4,634 nt of DNA from IMG/VR virus record IMGVR_UViG_2698536559_000005; one strand, 5' to 3'. This DNA comes from a virus (lineage: Duplodnaviria > Heunggongvirae > Uroviricota > Caudoviricetes). This document shows positions 1 to 4,634 of this stretch, one piece after another (within the stretch, counting starts at the first letter, position 1; the number at the start of each line of letters is the position of its first letter). Below the pieces are notes generated by a model. It did not search any database. It saw only the letters and a list, made by a program, of their open reading frames with translations, and was not told the origin of the DNA. The translations under genes were made by a program, and so were the position numbers.

Positions 1-335
1 CTGAACCATTCATTCACGCGTACAGATGGCCCCGCCATCATGCTGAACCAGCGGTTACGCACTGAATCTTCATGCCAGCGGGTATCGCTGTAATGCGTTT
101 TTTGCTCATCTTTGGCATTGGCATAACTGAATGACGTCACCAGCCCCAGCGTGTCCGTAAATTCATAACGGTATTTCACGTTAATGCCCTTCAGGTCATC
201 GTTGCCGGGCATATCAGTATGGGTCTGAAGATACCCGGCGCTTAGTGTGGACTGATGCTCTGCTGCGCTCGCTGGCGTACCAGCGGCGACCAGCCAGACT
301 ACTGTGGACAGAATAACAGCACATAATTTACGCAT
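1..335 (-). CDS. lom: Lom-family (Ail/Lom/OmpX-type) outer-membrane beta-barrel protein, N-terminal 111 codons; 3' end truncated by the window edge
   Basis: Hand translation from the ATG (complement of 333-335) gives MRKLCAVILSTVVWLVAAGTPASAAEHQSTLSAGYLQTHTDMPGNDDLKGINVKYRYEFTDTLGLVTSFSYANAKDEQKTHYSDTRWHEDSVRNRWFSMMAGPSVRVNEWF with no stop to position 3. It has a signal peptide with an ASA-AE cleavage-like site and closely resembles lambda Lom as I recall it (INVKYRYEFTDTLGLVTSFSY, HEDSVRNRWFS.MAGPSVRVNEWF). A GAGG Shine-Dalgarno (complement of 341-344) lies 5 nt upstream of the ATG. Position immediately downstream of J matches lambda synteny. Not in the ORF track because it runs off the window. 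Confidence 0.85.
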   Translation of the reverse strand, partial: MRKLCAVILSTVVWLVAAGTPASAAEHQSTLSAGYLQTHTDMPGNDDLKGINVKYRYEFTDTLGLVTSFSYANAKDEQKTHYSDTRWHEDSVRNRWFSMMAGPSVRVNEWF

Positions 336-356
336 AATTACCTCTCGCTTTTCTGC

Positions 357-383
357 AATAAAAAAGGCGCCATTTCTGGCGCC
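357..383 (-). terminator. Putative rho-independent terminator downstream of J (tJ-like)
   Basis: Minus-strand RNA reads GGCGCCA-GAAA-UGGCGCC (7 bp GC-rich stem from 366-372 and 377-383, 4 nt loop) followed directly by UUUUUUAUU (plus-strand A-run 357-365). It starts 19 nt after the J stop codon. Confidence 0.6.
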
Positions 384-402
384 CGTATCTGGGTTATAAA
401 AT

Positions 403-3400
403 TCAGCTAATCGTGATGCCTGCAGTGGCTTTCTTCATCACAACAACCAGCAAATCGCTGATACTTGCTGTGGGATACCAGCCATTTACCCACCATGCTG
501 ATACAGAAAACTCCAGTGTCATTACGCCACTGCCTGCAGGCATATCAATAACACCCGTGTAAATCAGAGTATTATCCAGAGCCGTTCGGTTATAAATTTC
601 AGCCCCGTTTTTCTTCACTATCAGGCGGCATGACGAATAAGTATCGCTATTCTCCCGTTCATGTCTGGCACCGCTGAAAGCCACCGCTGGAATAACAATT
701 TGCCGGTCAAACGGCTGATCGTCATAAACCCTGACGGTAATTGTCCCTGATGGCCACCGCTCCGGTGCACGGGAGTCCCGGGGGAAAGCTTTGCCCACTG
801 TTTTAACGAGATCGCCTTCAATCTGGTTCGCGGACAGTTTTCCCAGAACCCGACAGTTCTCGTTAATCGTGACGTTGTTGAGCGTCCCGGAGTTCGCATT
901 CACGCTACCGCTGATATCGGCATTTTTCGCCGTCAGCCGCCCGTCCGGTGTCAGGGAAAATGCCGGAGGATTACCGCCGCTGGTAATGGTGGGAGCCGTC
1001 AGGCGTTTCAGGAACACGTCGTTCATGAATATCTGATCGCCCTGACCAACAAACATTGGTCTTGTGTTGCCATTAGACGGATCAATAAACGCGATACGGT
1101 TAGCGGCAACCAGGAACTGGCTCAGTTTGCCTTCCTCCGTATCCTCCATGCTGAGGCCAAGCCCCGCGACATAATGCCTGCCGTCTTCGGTCTGCTCAAT
1201 TTTGACGCCCCACATGGCATTCCATTTATCGTTGGCGTCTTTCCACTCTTTCGAAAACTCCTCCAGTTTGCTGGCGTTATCCTCCGTCAGCTCGACTTTT
1301 TCCAGCAGCTCCTTGCCGAGATGGGATTCGGTTATCTGGCCTTTGAAAAAATCCAGATAACCTTCCGCATCATCGCTCGCCCGACCGACGGCCTCCACAA
1401 ATGCCGATTTACCAACGGTATTCACGCTGCGGATGTAAAAGTAATAATCATAACCCGGCTTAATATTGCTACTGGCAGCTATCCAGTACAGCGCCGTGCC
1501 AAGATAGCGGGCGCTGGTTTCAACCTGCCTGATATCCGCAATCCGCGTTTCCGAGAACCAGAACTCAAACTGCACCGTCGGATCATAAACCGCAAGATGC
1601 GGCGTGGCGGCTATCTGAAAATAGCCCGGTGTCAGCTCAATCTGTGACGGCGCTGCCGGTGCGGCAATCCGGAACGATACCGACGCCGGATCACCCTGCT
1701 GTCCCCACGCATTTACCGCCCGGACTGTCAGCCTGTAGTTCCCCAGCGCCAGCTGCGTGAAGCGGTATGTGGTTTCCGTCGTCCGGGCCGTGCTGACCAG
1801 CCGCTCACTGCCGTCATCCGCTGTTACGGTCAGACGGAGCAGGAAGCTCACGCCCTTCACCACCTTCGGCGTGTCCCAGCGCGCCAGTACCTGATACTCC
1901 CCGCTGTCTGCGGTGACTTCGGCAGTCAGGTGCTGCACCGCTGGCGGCGTGACACCATTCACCGTGCCGCTCTGGTCACCGTCAAAGTGCGCCCCGTTAT
2001 CCACGATGGCTTCTTTCTCCGGTACATGCTGCACGGCAGTGATGGCATACGTACCGTCATCGTTCTCACGGATACTCACACAGCGGAACAGGCGCTGGCG
2101 CAGAGTCGGCAGCTTCAGCCCCCACACACTGTACTCGGCAACGCCGTCAGGAACCCGGCTCACTTTCACCTTCACGCCGTCGGTGACGGACTGGACCTCC
2201 ACGCTCACCGGATTGCCACTTCCGTCAACCAGGCTTATCAGCGTGGTACCGGAGGATGGCAGCGTGATTTCACGGTCGAGCGTCAGCGTCCGCGTCTGGC
2301 TGTTCACCGCCAGCACACGACCACCGGTGCTGATACCCGCATAGTCATCATCGCAGATTTCAATGACATCGCCCGGTACATGGCGAAGCCCTTCTGCGCC
2401 CACGCTGAAGTCCACGGTCTGCGTTTCCAGCAGCTCCGTTTTAATCAGCCACAGCCCGGCGCGGTGTGCCTGCCCCCGGCTGGTACAGCCAAAGGCATCC
2501 ATCTTCGTGACGTTACGACCGTAACGGGCAATGGCCTGCGTGTCCTCCACAAGCTCTGTTGCCGTTTCCCAGCCGTTATCCGGGTCAATCCAGTTCACCT
2601 CAACGGCATTATGGCGGTCCTTCAGGGCGCTGAAACTGTAGCGGAACGGCGCGCCATCATCCGGCATCACCACATTACTGCGGTTATAGGTCCACACCTT
2701 ATCCGACGGCCGGTCCTGCACGAACGTCAGCGTCTGCCCGTTCCATACCGGCATACAGCGCATCGCCGAGCAGAAATCACTGAGCACATCCCATGCCTTG
2801 CGCTGTGTGGTCAGCCAAGCATTACAGGTGATGCGCGGCTCCGTGCCGCCAAAGCCGTCCGGTACTGACTGGTCGCAGTACTGGCCGATGACATACAGCG
2901 CCCATTTATCCACATCCGCCGCACCAAGACGTTTCCCCATGCCGTAGCGCGGGTGGGTCAGCATATCCCACAGACACCAGGCCATGTTGTTGCTGTATGC
3001 CGGTTTTAACGTTCCGTCCCAGATGCCGCTGTAAGTGCGTTTTTCCGGATCATAGTTTGACGGCACCTGCAGAATGCGCCCGCGAAGATGATAATTACGG
3101 CTCACCTGCTGACTGCCAAACTGCTCCGAGTCCACCTGTACGCCGACCAGTGCCGTGTTCGGGTAGCACTGTTTCACATCGATGATTTCGGTGTATGACG
3201 ACCAGAGCGTTTTGTTCTGCAGCTGGTCTGTGGTGCTGTCCGGTGTCATCCTGCGCATCCGGATATTGAACGGGCGCGGAGGCAGGTTATCCACCACCAC
3301 CGAGGCCAGATACTGCGAGGTGGTTTTGCCCTTAATGGTGATGTCTTTTTCCGTCACCCAGCCACCGTTACGCTGTATCTGAACCAGCAGGCGGACTTCC

Positions 3401-3798
3401 GACGGATTCCGGTCCCCCTTTGAAGTGGTTTCCACCAGAGCCTGCACACCGAAGGTAAAGCGCAGACGGTCGATGTTTGCAGACGTGATGGTCCGGGTGA
3501 TCGGCGTGTCATATTTCACTTCCGTACCCAGCACCGTCTCGGATCCGGAGGATTCAAAACCCTCCGGCGGTGTCTGCTCCTGCTCACCTGCCCGGAACAC
3601 CACCGTGACACCGGCGATGTTGGTATTCCCTTCGCTATCCAGCACCGGCGTACTGTTCAGCAGCACGCTTTTTAATCCATCCACCGGACCTTCTATCGGC
3701 CCTTCGCTGATGGCATCGATCACACTCAGTAACTGCGTGGATTTCAGGTTATCCTTCGCTTCGCGCGGGGTATGCCCCTTACTGCTGCCTTTACCCAT
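403..3798 (-). CDS. J: Tail tip attachment / host specificity protein J (central tail fibre), 1131 aa
   Basis: Single uninterrupted 3396 nt ORF. N-terminus [54 protein letters not shown] matches lambda gpJ as I recall it. Length is essentially that of lambda J (about 1132 aa). GGAG Shine-Dalgarno (complement of 3807-3810) sits 8 nt upstream of the ATG. Lies between I and lom as in lambda. Confidence 0.97.
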   Translation of the reverse strand: MGKGSSKGHTPREAKDNLKSTQLLSVIDAISEGPIEGPVDGLKSVLLNSTPVLDSEGNTNIAGVTVVFRAGEQEQTPPEGFESSGSETVLGTEVKYDTPITRTITSANIDRLRFTFGVQALVETTSKGDRNPSEVRLLVQIQRNGGWVTEKDITIKGKTTSQYLASVVVDNLPPRPFNIRMRRMTPDSTTDQLQNKTLWSSYTEIIDVKQCYPNTALVGVQVDSEQFGSQQVSRNYHLRGRILQVPSNYDPEKRTYSGIWDGTLKPAYSNNMAWCLWDMLTHPRYGMGKRLGAADVDKWALYVIGQYCDQSVPDGFGGTEPRITCNAWLTTQRKAWDVLSDFCSAMRCMPVWNGQTLTFVQDRPSDKVWTYNRSNVVMPDDGAPFRYSFSALKDRHNAVEVNWIDPDNGWETATELVEDTQAIARYGRNVTKMDAFGCTSRGQAHRAGLWLIKTELLETQTVDFSVGAEGLRHVPGDVIEICDDDYAGISTGGRVLAVNSQTRTLTLDREITLPSSGTTLISLVDGSGNPVSVEVQSVTDGVKVKVSRVPDGVAEYSVWGLKLPTLRQRLFRCVSIRENDDGTYAITAVQHVPEKEAIVDNGAHFDGDQSGTVNGVTPPAVQHLTAEVTADSGEYQVLARWDTPKVVKGVSFLLRLTVTADDGSERLVSTARTTETTYRFTQLALGNYRLTVRAVNAWGQQGDPASVSFRIAAPAAPSQIELTPGYFQIAATPHLAVYDPTVQFEFWFSETRIADIRQVETSARYLGTALYWIAASSNIKPGYDYYFYIRSVNTVGKSAFVEAVGRASDDAEGYLDFFKGQITESHLGKELLEKVELTEDNASKLEEFSKEWKDANDKWNAMWGVKIEQTEDGRHYVAGLGLSMEDTEEGKLSQFLVAANRIAFIDPSNGNTRPMFVGQGDQIFMNDVFLKRLTAPTITSGGNPPAFSLTPDGRLTAKNADISGSVNANSGTLNNVTINENCRVLGKLSANQIEGDLVKTVGKAFPRDSRAPERWPSGTITVRVYDDQPFDRQIVIPAVAFSGARHERENSDTYSSCRLIVKKNGAEIYNRTALDNTLIYTGVIDMPAGSGVMTLEFSVSAWWVNGWYPTASISDLLVVVMKKATAGITIS

Positions 3799-3806
3799 TC
3801 GTCATG

Positions 3807-3810
3807 CTCC
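3807..3810 (-). promoter_or_regulatory. Shine-Dalgarno sequence for J
   Basis: Minus-strand GGAG with an 8 nt spacer (CATGACGA) before the J ATG at 3798. Confidence 0.6.
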
Positions 3811-3840
3811 ATAAACGACAAAACCGCCCGGAGGCGGTTT
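3811..3840 (-). promoter_or_regulatory. I-J intergenic stem-loop with U-rich 3' flank (possible attenuator, partial terminator or mRNA-stability element)
   Basis: Minus-strand RNA reads AAACCGCC-UCCG-GGCGGUUU (8 bp stem from 3821-3828 and 3833-3840, 4 nt loop) followed by UGUCGUUUAU, then the J Shine-Dalgarno. Function is inferred only from the structure. Confidence 0.35.
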
Positions 3841-3858
3841 CACATAAAACATTTTGCA

Positions 3859-4506
3859 TCAGCGACCAATCACCACAACCTGACCACCATCCCCTTCGTC
3901 TGCCGTGCTGATCTCCTGAGAAACCACGCGTGACCCCACGCGCATTTCACCGTACAGAACAGGCAGAACATTGCCCTGGGCAACCATGTTATCCAGTGAC
4001 GAGAAATACGTGTTCTGCTTACCGTTATCCGTGCTGGTCGTTGTTGCGGTACTGGCTTTCGGTGCCAGCATCTGTGCCACACCGCCCAGGATCATACTGG
4101 CCCCTGCCGCATACATGCCCGATAAAGCAGCAGCTCCCAGCCAGCCTGCAGGGTTCCACCACGCCACCGCAATCAGCGCCGCACCCAGCACCGCCTGAAA
4201 TACACCGCCACTTTTAGCCCCCGCCAGACGCGGCACGATGTGGATCACGGCACCATTTGCCAGCGGCTCATTAAGACGGGCAGATAATTCGGTTTCGCCT
4301 GCATCACGCCCGGCAATCCGTACCTGATACCAGCCGTCGCTCAGTTTCTGACGAAACGCCGGGAGCTGTGTGGCCAGTGCGCGGATGGCTTCAGCCCCCG
4401 TTTTCACACGAAGGTCGATGCGGCGGCCAAATCGTTGCAAATCCCCGTAAAGGCAGATGCGTGCCATGCCCGGTGACGCCAGAGGGAGTGTGTGCGTCGC
4501 TGCCAT
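3859..4506 (-). CDS. I: Tail assembly protein I (tail tip assembly), 215 aa
   Basis: ORF begins MAATHTLPLASPGMARICLYGDLQRFGRRIDLRVKTGAEAIRALATQLPAFRQKLSDGWYQVRIAGRD and ends NGKQNTYFSSLDNMVAQGNVLPVLYGEMRVGSRVVSQEISTADEGDGGQVVVIGR, matching lambda gpI as I recall it. Its start lies inside the 3' end of K, and a 60 nt gap separates it from J; both spacings are the same as in lambda. GAGG Shine-Dalgarno (complement of 4518-4521) about 11 nt upstream of the ATG. Confidence 0.93.
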   Translation of the reverse strand: MAATHTLPLASPGMARICLYGDLQRFGRRIDLRVKTGAEAIRALATQLPAFRQKLSDGWYQVRIAGRDAGETELSARLNEPLANGAVIHIVPRLAGAKSGGVFQAVLGAALIAVAWWNPAGWLGAAALSGMYAAGASMILGGVAQMLAPKASTATTTSTDNGKQNTYFSSLDNMVAQGNVLPVLYGEMRVGSRVVSQEISTADEGDGGQVVVIGR

Positions 4507-4634
4507 TTGTCGGTATACCTCTCTCGTTTGCTCAGTTGTTCAGGAATATGGTGCAGCAGCTCGCCGTCACCACAGTAAATGGCGGCATGATTCGGCACCG
4601 ATGAACCAAAACAGCACAGCAGCACATCGCCCGG
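4404..4634 (-). CDS. K: Tail assembly protein K (NlpC/P60-family C-terminal portion); 5' end truncated by the window edge
   Basis: Reading frame is open to the window edge and translates ...PGDVLLCCFGSSVPNHAAIYCGDGELLHHIPEQLSKRERYTDKWQRRTHSLWRHRAWHASAFTGICNDLAAASTFV, with a TGA stop at 4404-4406. This matches the C-terminus of lambda gpK as I recall it. The M shown at 4625 in the ORF track is really an internal GTG (Val) codon, so the gene continues upstream of the window. Confidence 0.9.
   Translation of the reverse strand, partial: PGDVLLCCFGSSVPNHAAIYCGDGELLHHIPEQLSKRERYTDKWQRRTHSLWRHRAWHASAFTGICNDLAAASTFV

Noticed and set aside
386-420. Possible sigma70 promoter for lom (a TATAAC -10-like hexamer on the minus strand around 392-397)
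   Set aside because: There is no convincing -35 element at proper spacing, and the candidate lies upstream of the terminator hairpin, which would stop its transcripts before lom. Too weak to call from sequence alone.
621-899. 92 aa minus-strand ORF in an alternative frame inside J, and an 81 aa plus-strand ORF at 791-1036
   Set aside because: Both are embedded in J coding sequence, out of frame or antisense, with Arg/Ser/Thr-rich composition and no independent translation signals. Treated as chance open frames.
1930-2868. 312 aa plus-strand ORF, together with the overlapping 143 aa ORF at 1913-2344 and the 157 aa ORF at 1174-1647
   Set aside because: All lie antisense to the well-supported J gene. 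Their translations are Arg/His/Pro-rich and low in complexity, as expected from the reverse complement of GC3-rich codons. No Shine-Dalgarno precedes them. J occupies the locus without interruption.
3425-3814. 129 aa plus-strand ORF spanning the J start region, and the 62 and 66 aa plus-strand ORFs at 2997-3382
   Set aside because: Antisense to the J N-terminus, Ser/Pro/Cys-rich, with no ribosome-binding site. Artefacts of the opposite-strand gene.
3802-3852. 16-codon minus-strand mini-ORF (MFYVKPPPGGFVVYGA) in the I-J spacer
   Set aside because: It simply spans the hairpin sequence, has no Shine-Dalgarno, and its Pro-Pro-Gly-Gly core is the translated stem. The RNA structure explains it better than a peptide does.
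3930-4217. 95 aa and 75 aa plus-strand ORFs, and a 70 aa minus-strand ORF at 3870-4082, all overlapping gene I
   Set aside because: Antisense or out of frame relative to the well-matched I gene, with low-complexity Pro/Ala/Ser-rich or Arg/Trp-rich translations.
4368-4604. 78 aa plus-strand ORF across the K/I overlap
   Set aside because: Antisense to both K and I, which already encode two proteins from this stretch. No supporting signals.
1-4634. Search for CRISPR repeats, tRNA genes, insertion-sequence inverted repeats, or a toxin-antitoxin or defence cassette
   Set aside because: No spaced direct repeats, no tRNA-like cloverleaf segments and no terminal inverted repeats were evident. Coding density on the minus strand is near complete, with only 60 and 67 nt gaps.

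Overview
All real coding capacity is on the minus strand and forms the canonical tail-tip module of a lambda-like siphophage or prophage of Enterobacteriaceae, in the order K (C-terminal part only) - I - J - lom (N-terminal part only). Protein identities are recognised from memory of lambda gpK, gpI, gpJ and Lom; no database search was possible. K and I overlap by 103 nt out of frame, I and J are separated by 60 nt containing a hairpin, and J and lom by 67 nt containing a terminator-like hairpin with a T-tract. The long plus-strand ORFs in the track lie antisense to J or I and look like artefacts of GC-rich codon usage. I found no CRISPR array, tRNA, transposase or inserted cargo gene, and the intergenic gaps are too short to hide one. 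I therefore do not see an undescribed system here; the most useful leads are the C-terminal receptor-binding segment of J (host-range allele) and the lom lysogenic-conversion gene.
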